The notes below the pieces were generated by a model. It was not told where the DNA came from, ran no database searches, and saw only the letters and a list, made by a program, of their open reading frames with translations. From contig JAYPPT010000001.1 of NCBI GenBank assembly GCA_038131655.1, positions 537,447-601,446 on the forward strand: 64,000 nt of DNA, in the 5' to 3' direction. Below are positions 30,356 to 39,813 of the stretch, in pieces (the first letter of the stretch is position 1; each line of letters starts with the position of its first letter). The stretch is from Alphaproteobacteria bacterium. GTDB taxonomy: Bacteria; Pseudomonadota; Alphaproteobacteria; SMXQ01. The position numbers were made by a program, and so were the translations under genes.

Positions 30356-31183
30356 TCAGTCCACCGGCCAGCGCAGGCATTCGGCGAGGCCGCGGCCCAT
30401 CACCCACTCGAGATCGTGGCCCGCTAGGAAGTCCAGTTCCTCGGTAAACAGGGTTACGCACTGGCGATAGGTGGTGACTGACCACAGCCGTGAAATATCG
30501 GTTCCCCAAAAGCACCGTTGGGGGCCAAAGGCATTGATCATGCGCTTGAGCGCGGGGTGCAATGCCGGGTGCGGGTAAGGCTCGGTCGAATAGAACGGGA
30601 TCGAGGTGACCTTGACATAAAGGTTCGCGAGATTCGCCAGCGGCAACAGCTGGTCCATTGCCGCCACCGCTTCTTCGTCCTTTTGGCGGTTAAGCCCCAT
30701 GTGATCTATGATGATGCGCAATTTCGGATGACGCCGCGCGATAGAAGCGATGACCTCATGGTCGCCCGGCGCGAACATCATGAGCGGAATATCGTGTTCT
30801 TCCGCCAGGGGCCAGAACCAGTCGGCGGTGCCGTTGAAAAGCCAGGCGCGGTTGTATTGCTTCTGGAAGGAAACCCGGCAGCCGAGCATGCCCGGTTGTG
30901 ATTTCCAGCCTGGCAACAATGCCGCGCTGGCAGAATCATGCACGGGTATGCGGCCCATGGCGGCGAAACGGTCGGGATGGTGCGCCGTACCTTCAAGCAC
31001 AAAGTCGATGCGGTCGCCTTCCCATCCCGGCGGTACCAGCACGGCCCGGTCGACGCCGTTTTCATCCATCAGCAGGCGCAGGTCTTCGTAGCCGAAGGGT
31101 TCGGGCAGATGGGCCTGCTTGCGCGCCCACGGCCGCTCCGGCGTATCCGGTGCCCAGACATGAATTTGCGAGTCGATGATCAT
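30356..31183 (-). CDS. Amidohydrolase-2 family TIM-barrel hydrolase (lactonase/decarboxylase-like)
   Basis: MIIDSQIHVW... HxH start, conserved ...IIIDHMG... and a terminal D/H metal ligand. 275 aa. Confidence 0.8.
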   Translation of the reverse strand: MIIDSQIHVWAPDTPERPWARKQAHLPEPFGYEDLRLLMDENGVDRAVLVPPGWEGDRIDFVLEGTAHHPDRFAAMGRIPVHDSASAALLPGWKSQPGMLGCRVSFQKQYNRAWLFNGTADWFWPLAEEHDIPLMMFAPGDHEVIASIARRHPKLRIIIDHMGLNRQKDEEAVAAMDQLLPLANLANLYVKVTSIPFYSTEPYPHPALHPALKRMINAFGPQRCFWGTDISRLWSVTTYRQCVTLFTEELDFLAGHDLEWVMGRGLAECLRWPVD

Positions 31184-31266
31184 CCTGGTGCCAGTCTATC
31201 GAAGCGTTGGGGGGTTCTCCATGCTAGCATGACCCCGGTAAGTAAATTTGTGAGACGGAGACACAA

Positions 31267-31662
31267 ATGGCGGAGTCTGCAAACGATAAGTTTTATCGCA
31301 ACAAGTGGTTGGAACAGCCCGATTACGGCATTCGCATTGAACCAGCGCGCAAGCATTTGCGCGTCACCTTCGCGGGCCGGGTAGTGGCCGAAAGCGATCA
31401 GGCGCTGCTGTTTATCGAACCCAATCACGGGCCGGTTTATTACCTGCCGCGGGCCGAATCGAACGTGGCCCTGCTTTCGCCCACAGATAATCACACCCAT
31501 TGCCCGTGGAAGGGACACGCCAGCTATTACACCATCAGTGCCGGTGATCGGGTGTCGGAAAATGCGGTGTGGAGCTATGAAGACCCCTATCCGCAAATCA
31601 TCGGCATCAAGGGTTACCTGGCTTTTTATCCCGACCGGGTGGACGAAATTTCGGTCAGCTAG
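31267..31662 (+). CDS. DUF427-domain protein
   Basis: 131 aa. ...YYLPRAESNVALLSPTDNHTHCPWKGHASYY... matches the DUF427 signature. Confidence 0.65.
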   Translation: MAESANDKFYRNKWLEQPDYGIRIEPARKHLRVTFAGRVVAESDQALLFIEPNHGPVYYLPRAESNVALLSPTDNHTHCPWKGHASYYTISAGDRVSENAVWSYEDPYPQIIGIKGYLAFYPDRVDEISVS

Positions 31663-31739
31663 CGCCGATTGCCTCGCCCCGGTGTGCGCCCTAGAATGTG
31701 GCAAAACTGCGTGAGCAGATCAGAACGGGGGGGCACCTA

Positions 31740-32591
31740 ATGAAGCTTGTTTCTTACCGCGCCGGCACGGCCGGCGGCGTTGGCGTCATGGTCAACAGCG
31801 ATGCTTTCTTGGCCCTGGACCAGGTGGCGCCGGATCTGCCTCGGTCCATGCGCGCACTGCTGGCATTGCCCGACGGCTTGGCCCGTGCCGCCCGTGCGGC
31901 CGACGGTAAGGCGGCTAGCCACAAGCTTGCCGATGTCGACCTTGATCCGGTGGTGCCCGATCCGGCTGCCATCTGGTGCGCGGCGCTGAATTATTCCGCC
32001 CATCAGGAAGAGGTCGGCCGCGGCCGTTCGGAATTCCCGGAAATTTTCCTGCGCGTTCCGGCTTCCTTCGTCGGCCATGGCGCACCTCTTGTCGCACCTT
32101 ACGGTGGGCTGGTGACACGTTTCGATTTCGAGGGCGAGTTGGTTGCGATTATCGGCAAGGGCGGGCGCAACATCAAGCAAGCCGACGCGCTCAACCATGT
32201 CGCCGGTTATACCGTCGGTAACGAGGGTTCAGTGCGCGATTACCAGCGGCACAATCGCCAATACGGCATCGGCAAGAATTTCCATCACTCGGGCAGTTTT
32301 GGCCCGTGGTTGATGACATCCGATGAATTCGGCGATCCCTACGCCCACGAAATCATTACCCGCAGCCAGGGCAAGGAAAAGCAGCACTGCGCTACCGGCC
32401 TGATGCTGGCGCGGATCGAGGAACTGATTTCCTACATTTCTGACGGTTACGAATTCCAGCCTGGCGACGTGATCTTTACTGGCACGCCCGCGTCCTTGCC
32501 CGACACGGTAAAAAAGATGAACCCGGGCGACGTGGTAAAGATCGAGATTACCGGCCTCGGAGTTCTGGAAAACCCGGTCGTACAGGGCTGA
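31740..32591 (+). CDS. Fumarylacetoacetate-hydrolase (FAH) family protein
   Basis: Starts at internal Met (MKLVSYRAG...). FAH-fold motifs ...FEGELVAIIGKGG... and ...GDVIFTGTPA.... 283 aa. Confidence 0.8.
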   Translation: MKLVSYRAGTAGGVGVMVNSDAFLALDQVAPDLPRSMRALLALPDGLARAARAADGKAASHKLADVDLDPVVPDPAAIWCAALNYSAHQEEVGRGRSEFPEIFLRVPASFVGHGAPLVAPYGGLVTRFDFEGELVAIIGKGGRNIKQADALNHVAGYTVGNEGSVRDYQRHNRQYGIGKNFHHSGSFGPWLMTSDEFGDPYAHEIITRSQGKEKQHCATGLMLARIEELISYISDGYEFQPGDVIFTGTPASLPDTVKKMNPGDVVKIEITGLGVLENPVVQG

Positions 32592-32595
32592 GTCT

Positions 32596-34023
32596 TTGGC
32601 AGGAGAACCCGCGCCGGCACCGGAGAAGGCACCCTGGGCGGATCTCTGGCGCGACGGGCGCGGGGTTTATTCGGCACTGGTGATAGGCGGCGTGATCCTT
32701 CACGCACTGCAAATACTGGTAATCAATATCGTGATGCCGACGGTTGTGGCCGATGTCGGGGGCGCGGCCTATTACACCTGGCCGGCGATGATCTACACCA
32801 TCGGCACCATTGTCGGTTCGGCTAGCGTCGGTCCGGTATGGGCGGCGCTGGGACGGCGTTACGGGACGGTGGTAAGCGCGCTTGCCTTCGGCGCGGGCAC
32901 CATCGGCTGCGCGCTGGCGCCGGACATGGCGATGCTGATCGGTGCGCGCGCCGTACAGGGTTTTTCTGGCGGCTTGATCGTTGGTGGCGGCATGGCACTG
33001 GTCAGTGCCTTTTATACGGACAGCCAGCGCCGCCGCGTGCTGGCCGCCCATCAGGGTACATGGATGTTCGCACAGCTTTGCGGCCCGCTGGTCGGCGGCG
33101 CTTTCGCCGAAATCGGTTGGTGGCGAGGCTCCTTCTGGGCCCTGGTGCCGATTGTCGCGATCTTTGCCGTGCTGGCCTGGACCCGTATCCCCGATGAGGC
33201 GCCTGCCGATGCTTCAGCACGCCAACCGGGGTTCCCGGTGCTGCGCATCATGCTGCTGGCCTCGGGCGTACTGGCGGCTGCGCTGTCGGGGCCGGTGGAC
33301 AGTGCCTGGTTCCGCGGCCTCCTGATTGTCGGCGCGCTCGCGCTGGTCGCGCTGACCTTCCGTGTCGATGACCGTTCCCCGGTCCGCATGTATCCTAGCC
33401 GCGCGCTGTCGCTGTCCTCGCCCGTGGGTCTCGCGCTGATGATCCTGTTTACCGGTGGCATGGCGCAGACCTCGATCAACCTTTTCGTGCCGTTGTTGTT
33501 GCAGGTCGTCCACGGGGTGACGCCGCTTTTCATCAGTTTTGTTTCCATCGTCATTTCCGGTGGCTGGACGCTTGGCACTTTCGTGGTGTCGGGGTGGTCG
33601 GGCAAGAGTGAGCGCATCGCGCTGATTTGTGGTCCCATGCTGATGCTCGGCGGCCTCGCGGTGATGGCGGCGACCGCCCGGTTGCCGATGCTGTGGGTCA
33701 TTACCATTGCGGCATTTTTATTCGGTCTCGGCGTCGGCATACATAATGTTCACCTGATCGCGCGCACCATGGCCCGGGCCGCCAAGGGCGAAGAACGCAT
33801 CACTTCCTCGGCGATGCCTTCCATTCGTTCCCTCGGCACCGCTTTCGGCGCCGCCATGGCAGGCGGGCTTTCGACCGCGGCGGGGCTGGGAAATGCCACG
33901 GATCCGGTAGCCGTGGGCCGGGCCGTGACCTGGGTTTACGGGGCGAATCTTTTGCCCCTGGTGATATCGGTGATGCTGATGATCCTTCTGGTGCGCCTCG
34001 ATTGCAGGCCCGACAGGGGCTAA
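32596..34023 (+). CDS. MFS transporter (14-TM type)
   Basis: 475 aa, multiple hydrophobic helices, GRRYGTV loop. Confidence 0.8.
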   Translation: MAGEPAPAPEKAPWADLWRDGRGVYSALVIGGVILHALQILVINIVMPTVVADVGGAAYYTWPAMIYTIGTIVGSASVGPVWAALGRRYGTVVSALAFGAGTIGCALAPDMAMLIGARAVQGFSGGLIVGGGMALVSAFYTDSQRRRVLAAHQGTWMFAQLCGPLVGGAFAEIGWWRGSFWALVPIVAIFAVLAWTRIPDEAPADASARQPGFPVLRIMLLASGVLAAALSGPVDSAWFRGLLIVGALALVALTFRVDDRSPVRMYPSRALSLSSPVGLALMILFTGGMAQTSINLFVPLLLQVVHGVTPLFISFVSIVISGGWTLGTFVVSGWSGKSERIALICGPMLMLGGLAVMAATARLPMLWVITIAAFLFGLGVGIHNVHLIARTMARAAKGEERITSSAMPSIRSLGTAFGAAMAGGLSTAAGLGNATDPVAVGRAVTWVYGANLLPLVISVMLMILLVRLDCRPDRG

Positions 34024-34115
34024 AATCCGGTACGTTTATTTGATGGAAATCACGCGGCCGCCGCGCTCGGACTAAGCCGATGATGCCGTCCATGCCGCTG
34101 ATGCCGTAAGCGGCA

Positions 34116-34838
34116 TCAATCGGCGGGTTGTTCCGCCGCCTGGGGAATATCGGGGTCGGTGACGCCGGCAATTTCACGGATCAGCTTGGTCAGGATCGCC
34201 GACTGGAAATCCTTGAAGTCGCGTGCCGGTATGGAGAAGGCGCCGGGCCCGCCGATGACATTATCCAGAAAGAAAATATCCAGTCCGGCAAAGGTGCCGG
34301 TGATTGGCAGGCCGTTGACCGTGACACCCTGGGCAACCGCCTGATCGCGCCCCACCGAAGCGGGCAGGCCGTCCTTGTCGGGGCCGTCGCCGGACAGGTC
34401 GACAACGCGCCGCGTTCCCTTGAAAGTATTGTTGTGAATGGATTGGGCGCCATAAAGGATCGCGCTGCCGACGGCGGTGCCACCGCCATAGATTTCGCGC
34501 GGATGGGTTTCGAGAATCTGCGCCACCTTTTCCATGTCGGCGGCGCTGCGGACATGGGTCCAGGGCACGATCACGGCCTTGAGGAAATGTCCGCTCCATT
34601 CGACGTAGCTGAGCGCAATGCCGCCCAGAGGCCCGTTGCGAATGGCGCTGAGAACACGGGGATTGCGAAGTGCCTGGGCATAGCCCCGACGCTGAAGCAG
34701 GAATTCTTCCTGATCGATGCTGCCCGAAACGTCCGACATCAGGATCAGTTCAAGATCGACTGCCTGCTGCGCGCGTGCTGGCGTAGCCGACAGGGTGACG
34801 ATAAAGGCGAGGAGGGCAAGCCAGCGTAACATCACCAC
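34116..34838 (-). CDS. DUF1194 (vWA-like) secreted protein
   Basis: Signal peptide (MVMLRWLALLAFIVTLSATPARA), then ...LELILMSDVSGSIDQEEF... MIDAS-like start of a vWA fold. Conserved DUF1194 length of ~240 aa. Confidence 0.65.
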   Translation of the reverse strand: MVMLRWLALLAFIVTLSATPARAQQAVDLELILMSDVSGSIDQEEFLLQRRGYAQALRNPRVLSAIRNGPLGGIALSYVEWSGHFLKAVIVPWTHVRSAADMEKVAQILETHPREIYGGGTAVGSAILYGAQSIHNNTFKGTRRVVDLSGDGPDKDGLPASVGRDQAVAQGVTVNGLPITGTFAGLDIFFLDNVIGGPGAFSIPARDFKDFQSAILTKLIREIAGVTDPDIPQAAEQPAD

Positions 34839-35008
34839 AGGGTGGCACGTCTTCGGGGCGCTTTTCCAGCGGAACTATCACGGAAAACAGGTTTTAGGCA
34901 CCATTGCCTTGGATCTGTCCGAAGGGTAGCCTGCTCGCTTCCGGGAGACCTTTCCATAACATAATAAAAGGTCCGCGCCCGGCACCAAGCGCCAAGGGAG
35001 GCAACGAC

Positions 35009-36724
35009 GTGTCCTACGATATTCTTATCAAGGGCGGCACCGTGGTGGACGGGACCGGCTTGCCGGGCTTCCGCGCCGATGTCGGCATCAGTGACGGAAC
35101 CATTACCGCCATCGGCGATCTTAAGGGCGCCGAGGCGCACCGGACCCTCGACGCCGAAGGCCACGTGGTGTCGCCGGGCTTCATTGACGGGCACACTCAT
35201 ATGGATGCCCAGGTGTTCTGGGATCCGGTCGGCGGCAACTCCTGCTGGGCCGGGGTCACCAGCGTCGTCATGGGCAATTGCGGCTTCACCATGGCGCCCT
35301 GCGCGGAGAAGGACAAGGCGCTGGTCCTGCATAATTTCGAACGCGCCGAGGATATTGCGCTCGAGGCGATGGAAGCGGGCATTCCCTGGAGCTGGGAAAC
35401 CTTCCCCGAATATCTCGATGCCGTCGATCGATTGCCCAAGGGCCTGAATTACGCGGGCTATATCGGCCACAGCGCAATGCGCACCCATGTCATGGGCAAG
35501 CGTGCTATGGATGAAGCGGCGAGCGATGATGACCTTACCGCCCTCAAGCAGGTGCTGGTCGAGGCCATGCGCGCGGGCGCGCTCGGGTTTTCCACCTCGC
35601 GCTCGACCGCGCACCGCACCCCCGAGGGTAAGCCGGTAGCCAGCCGCATGGCGTCATGGGACGAGTTCAGCCAGCTTGTCGGGGTGTTGTCGGATCTTGG
35701 AACCGGTATTGTCGAGATCGCGCGCACCAATATCATTCCCGATCCCGAGGAGCGCAGCCAAGAGCGCGACGGCCTGAAGGAACTTGCATTGTCCAGCGGT
35801 GTGCCTTTTACCTTCGGCAGTTCATTTTACAAGCGCTCCCATCCCGACCAGTGGCGTGACCAGTTCCGCATGGTGGACGAAACTAACGCGATGGGCGGGC
35901 GCATGCTGGTGCAGGGCACGGCGACGTGGAACGGATCAATGCGTTCATTTGAAACCGCGACTCCCTATGACCAGATCAAGGAGTGGAAAGAGTTTCGCGC
36001 CAAGCCGCTGGCGGAACAGGAGCGGGGCCTACGCGATCCTGTCACCCGCGCGCGCCTGGTGGCGGCAGTCAAGGCCCATGTGCACAAGCCCGATCCGGCA
36101 CTGCCCAACCTTTATCAGCGCCCGGTGAACTGGGACTGGGTTTTTCCAGTAACCCATTCCCTGCCGCCATTCCCATCGGTGGCCGATATCGCGCGCGAAC
36201 GCGGGGTAGAGCCAATTGACGCTTTCCTAGATCTCGCCCTCGAACATCACCTGAAGCTGTTTTTCATGCAGCCATCGAACAACGAGGATCAGGACTACTG
36301 CCGCGCCCTGGTTTGTCACCCGGCGACGGCGGTGACGTTCTCCGATGCCGGTGCTCATGTCGCAACCACAGTCAATCCCATCCACGGCCACCTGCTCGGC
36401 CATTGGGTGCGGGCCGAGGGCGCGCTGACCCTGGAAGCGGCGGTGCGCAAGATCACCTTCGATATCGCTTCGTTCTGGGGGATCGAGGGGCGCGGCTGGC
36501 TGCGCGTCGGCAATCATGCCGACGTCTGCGTGTTCGATCCAGATGCTGTCGCGCCGGGCATGCCGCACTTGGCCTATGACCTGCCCGCCGGGGCACCGCG
36601 TATTATCCAGAAGACCGACGGCATCCACTATACGCTGGTCAACGGCGAGGTCTTCATGGAAAACAACGAGCACACCGGCTCCCTGGCCGGGCGGCTGCTG
36701 CGCGGCCCGCTCTATCAAAACTGA
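35009..36724 (+). CDS. D-aminoacylase-family amidohydrolase (N-acyl-D-amino-acid deacylase-like), paralog 1
   Basis: GTG start with GGGAGG 8 nt upstream. 571 aa. GFIDGHTHMD metal-binding motif. About 70% identical to the paralog at 60629-62344. Confidence 0.8.
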   Translation: MSYDILIKGGTVVDGTGLPGFRADVGISDGTITAIGDLKGAEAHRTLDAEGHVVSPGFIDGHTHMDAQVFWDPVGGNSCWAGVTSVVMGNCGFTMAPCAEKDKALVLHNFERAEDIALEAMEAGIPWSWETFPEYLDAVDRLPKGLNYAGYIGHSAMRTHVMGKRAMDEAASDDDLTALKQVLVEAMRAGALGFSTSRSTAHRTPEGKPVASRMASWDEFSQLVGVLSDLGTGIVEIARTNIIPDPEERSQERDGLKELALSSGVPFTFGSSFYKRSHPDQWRDQFRMVDETNAMGGRMLVQGTATWNGSMRSFETATPYDQIKEWKEFRAKPLAEQERGLRDPVTRARLVAAVKAHVHKPDPALPNLYQRPVNWDWVFPVTHSLPPFPSVADIARERGVEPIDAFLDLALEHHLKLFFMQPSNNEDQDYCRALVCHPATAVTFSDAGAHVATTVNPIHGHLLGHWVRAEGALTLEAAVRKITFDIASFWGIEGRGWLRVGNHADVCVFDPDAVAPGMPHLAYDLPAGAPRIIQKTDGIHYTLVNGEVFMENNEHTGSLAGRLLRGPLYQN

Positions 36725-36747
36725 TCCGTAGACGAAGGAGATTTCTC

Positions 36748-37728
36748 ATGGAATGTGTGAAATTCGGTACCAGCGATCTCATGGTGTCTCCCATCGGGCT
36801 TGGCTGCATGAGCATGTCCGGCTGTTACGGTGAGCAGGACGATGACGAGTGCATCGCCACGCTGCATCGCGCCATGGACCTCGGTATTAACCTGTTCGAT
36901 ACCTCGTCTAATTACGGCAAGGGCCATAATCACCAGTTGATCGGCAAGGCCATTAAGGGCAAGCGCGATCAGGTGGTCATCCATTCTAAGCTCGGCACTA
37001 TCCGGCCCGACGGCAAGACCCAGGTTGCGGGCTCGCCGGAACATATCCGCAATTCGACCGAAGGCGGGCTGAAGCGTCTCGGCATTGATTGCATGGACGT
37101 AATCTGCATCTCGCGGGTGGACCCCAACTTCCCGGTGGAAGAACAGGTCGGTGCCATGGCCGAACTGGTGAAGGAGGGCAAGACCCGCTACATCGGCATT
37201 TCCAAAAGCCTGACGCCGGAACTGCTCGACCGCGCATGGAAGGTGCATCCCGTGGTTTCCATGCAAGATGAATATTCATTGTTTGTGCGCGATCCCGAAA
37301 ACAAGCTGCTTGCGGCGGCGCGTTCCCACGGCATGGCTTTCATGGCTTTCGCGCCGCTGGGCCGGGGCATTCTCGCGGGGCTGTTCCATTCCCGCGATGA
37401 AATTCCCGAAGGTGACGAGCGGCTGATCGACGACCGTTATTCGCTGGAAAACATCGACGCCAATCTTAAGATGGTCGGCGCGCTCGAAGACATGGCGGCC
37501 GAAAAGGGCGTGTCGGTATCGGCGCTGGTGCTGGCCTGGCTGATTCACCAGCCTGGCCAGGTCATTCCCATCCCTTCATCCAAAAGCCGCAAGCATCTAG
37601 AAGAAAACGCCAAAGCGGCGTCGCTCAAGCTCTCGACCGAGGACCTGGGGCGAATCAAAGCGATCTGCCCGTCGGGCGCGCTTGGAGCATCGAATCATGA
37701 ACGCAACCGTGCAGGCGCCGCGCGCTAG
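36748..37728 (+). CDS. Aldo/keto reductase
   Basis: 326 aa. ...LGINLFDTSSNYG... and other AKR motifs. Immediately downstream of paralog 1 with a GAAGGAG ribosome-binding site. Confidence 0.85.
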   Translation: MECVKFGTSDLMVSPIGLGCMSMSGCYGEQDDDECIATLHRAMDLGINLFDTSSNYGKGHNHQLIGKAIKGKRDQVVIHSKLGTIRPDGKTQVAGSPEHIRNSTEGGLKRLGIDCMDVICISRVDPNFPVEEQVGAMAELVKEGKTRYIGISKSLTPELLDRAWKVHPVVSMQDEYSLFVRDPENKLLAAARSHGMAFMAFAPLGRGILAGLFHSRDEIPEGDERLIDDRYSLENIDANLKMVGALEDMAAEKGVSVSALVLAWLIHQPGQVIPIPSSKSRKHLEENAKAASLKLSTEDLGRIKAICPSGALGASNHERNRAGAAR

Positions 37729-38562
37729 CTAGGCTGCGTCTTCGACGAAGAAAGCGAGGATGCGCGCCTCGATGCTTTCGCGGGCGGGCGCATCAGTGGG
37801 GGCGGTAGGGTCGGTGAAGGCGCAATGAGCAGTATAGCGGGCGACATCGGTGCGTGAATCGTAGCACTTGAAGACCAGGGCCTCGTCGCGCACCATTTCC
37901 GGGAAGTAGACCCAATCGTGATTGGGGTTCCAGGCGAGGTGATAAATCTCGCCGCGCCGGTTGGGGTAATTGCGCTCGGTCACGATCAGGTCCGCGGGCG
38001 CGATCGAGCGCGCATCGATGACTCCAAGCGGTGACGACAGGACCGGTCCGCGCGTGCCGCGCCAGACCTGGATCACTTGGAATCTTTTCTTGAGCAGTTC
38101 ATCGGCTTCGTCGCCCATCATGTCGCGCAGGCGTTGGGGAGCCGACCATTCTGTGTAGTCGTTATGGACGTGGCGCACGGGGCCGCGCACCTTGCGTGCC
38201 GAGCGAATTTCCTCGGTACCGGCGCGGCGCGTGTGGTCAAAAATGAAAACCCGCGTGCAGCCGGTCTCCGCCTTCACCAGCGCTTCCAGTTCCGGATAAT
38301 AGACGGCGCGCACCTCGTCCTCGTCATAGAAATCCTTGACCGCGGTCGGATGATCGGCGAGGCGGAAGCCCTCGCGGTCGAGCAAATGTTGTGCCCGTTC
38401 ATCCCGAGCATCGGCAATGGTGACCAAGTGTTCCGCATAGGTGCCGGTATGGGTATGCAGGGTGCTGTCCGGCCCGTAGGTGGCCGATATGGGCTTTTCC
38501 CCGGTCGGCACCAGGTAAGACATCTTGGCTTCGACCCTTTTGCGGGCATCGGCGTCGAGCAT
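37729..38562 (-). CDS. Putative non-heme Fe(II)/2OG-type oxygenase of the CmcJ/NvfI-like family
   Basis: 277 aa. Candidate H-x-D iron-binding motif (VHNDYTE). Family assignment is from memory of the ~270-aa CmcJ/NvfI group. Moderate. Confidence 0.4.
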   Translation of the reverse strand: MLDADARKRVEAKMSYLVPTGEKPISATYGPDSTLHTHTGTYAEHLVTIADARDERAQHLLDREGFRLADHPTAVKDFYDEDEVRAVYYPELEALVKAETGCTRVFIFDHTRRAGTEEIRSARKVRGPVRHVHNDYTEWSAPQRLRDMMGDEADELLKKRFQVIQVWRGTRGPVLSSPLGVIDARSIAPADLIVTERNYPNRRGEIYHLAWNPNHDWVYFPEMVRDEALVFKCYDSRTDVARYTAHCAFTDPTAPTDAPARESIEARILAFFVEDAA

Positions 38563-38594
38563 GGCGGGCTCCTTTCACTTCTCAGTCTAGCCCT

Positions 38595-39266
38595 ATGGAA
38601 AGTGACGCGCAAAGCTTGGCGCCGGGGTATGATGACGCCATGACAGATAGTAAAGTCAGCACACCGGCCGCGCCGGAAACGGCGCCGGAGGCGGAAAAGG
38701 CGACGCTTCGCGGCATCTTTTTGCTGTTTTTCCGGATCGGCATCTTCTCCTTCGGCGGCGGCGTTCTCGGCTGGCTGTTCCGCGAAGCGGTGGAAAAGCG
38801 CCGCTGGATCACCGATGCGGATTTTCTTGGCGGCCTTACGCTCGCCCAGGTCATGCCCGGTATCAACGTCACCAACATGGCGGTCTATATCGGCCAGCGC
38901 CTGAAGGGCGCGGTGGGTTCGGTGGTCGCCGTGGTTGCGGTATTTTCCGGGCCGTTCTTTTTCGTTATCGGGTTGTTCATAGTCTATGCGCAGGTCAAGG
39001 AAGTCTCCTGGGCGCCAGATTTCCTGAGCGGCGTCGCCGCCGCCGCCGTCGGGCTGTTCCTGTCCGTCGGCGTCAAGTCGATCCGCAAGAACATTGTCAC
39101 CATCAGCCAGTGGCTGGTCATGGGGGCGGTGTTCGTTGCCGTCGGCATCCTGCGTTGGCCTTTGGTTTATGTCGTGGCGGTGATGGCGCCAATCAGCGTC
39201 GGCCTCGCCTGGGTTGCTTTGGTGCGCGAGGAAAAGACCCGCGTGGAGGATAAGGCCGATGCATGA
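38595..39266 (+). CDS. chrA: Chromate ion transporter (CHR) family, short-chain N-terminal half
   Basis: ...FFRIGIFSFGGGVLGWLF... CHR signature and ~6 TM helices. The stop overlaps the next half by 8 nt. Confidence 0.75.
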   Translation: MESDAQSLAPGYDDAMTDSKVSTPAAPETAPEAEKATLRGIFLLFFRIGIFSFGGGVLGWLFREAVEKRRWITDADFLGGLTLAQVMPGINVTNMAVYIGQRLKGAVGSVVAVVAVFSGPFFFVIGLFIVYAQVKEVSWAPDFLSGVAAAAVGLFLSVGVKSIRKNIVTISQWLVMGAVFVAVGILRWPLVYVVAVMAPISVGLAWVALVREEKTRVEDKADA

Positions 39267-39810
39267 TGACCGCGAAGGCGCTTTCTGGATACTGGCGTTT
39301 GTCTTCGCGCCGATTTCTCTTGTCGCCGTGGGCGGTGTGGCCAGCGTTCTGGCCCCGATCCATAATCAGGCGGTGCTGGTGCACGGCTGGATGACCCAGC
39401 GCGAATTCGTCGACCTGTTCGCTATTTCCCGTGCCGCCCCCGGTCCCGGCGCGACCATTGTCACGTTGATCGGCTATAAGGTGGCGGGCTGGTGGGGGGC
39501 AGTGGTGGCGACGCTGGCGATGGTTCTCCCATCTTCGGTGCTACTTTACGGTATGGCGCGGGTGTGGAACCGCTATCGGGGAACGCGCCTGCACACGGCA
39601 CTGGAACGCGGCCTGGCGCCCATCGGAACCGGCCTGATCCTTGCCGCCGTGATCGCCATAATGCGGTCATCCGACGCCGTTGTGCTGGGGTGGTCGCTGC
39701 TGGCGATTTCTACCGCGGTGCTGGTTTGGCGCCCCGTCCACCCGTTGATCGTGCTGGCGGTGGGAGGCGCGCTGTTCGTCGGCGTCACCCGGGCGCTGGC
39801 GATGTTCTAG
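39259..39810 (+). CDS. chrA: Chromate ion transporter (CHR) family, short-chain C-terminal half
   Basis: Internal Met start (MHDDREGAF...). The second CHR domain carries the AISRAAPGPGATIVTLIGY motif. Confidence 0.75.
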   Translation: MHDDREGAFWILAFVFAPISLVAVGGVASVLAPIHNQAVLVHGWMTQREFVDLFAISRAAPGPGATIVTLIGYKVAGWWGAVVATLAMVLPSSVLLYGMARVWNRYRGTRLHTALERGLAPIGTGLILAAVIAIMRSSDAVVLGWSLLAISTAVLVWRPVHPLIVLAVGGALFVGVTRALAMF

Positions 39811-39813
39811 CGC

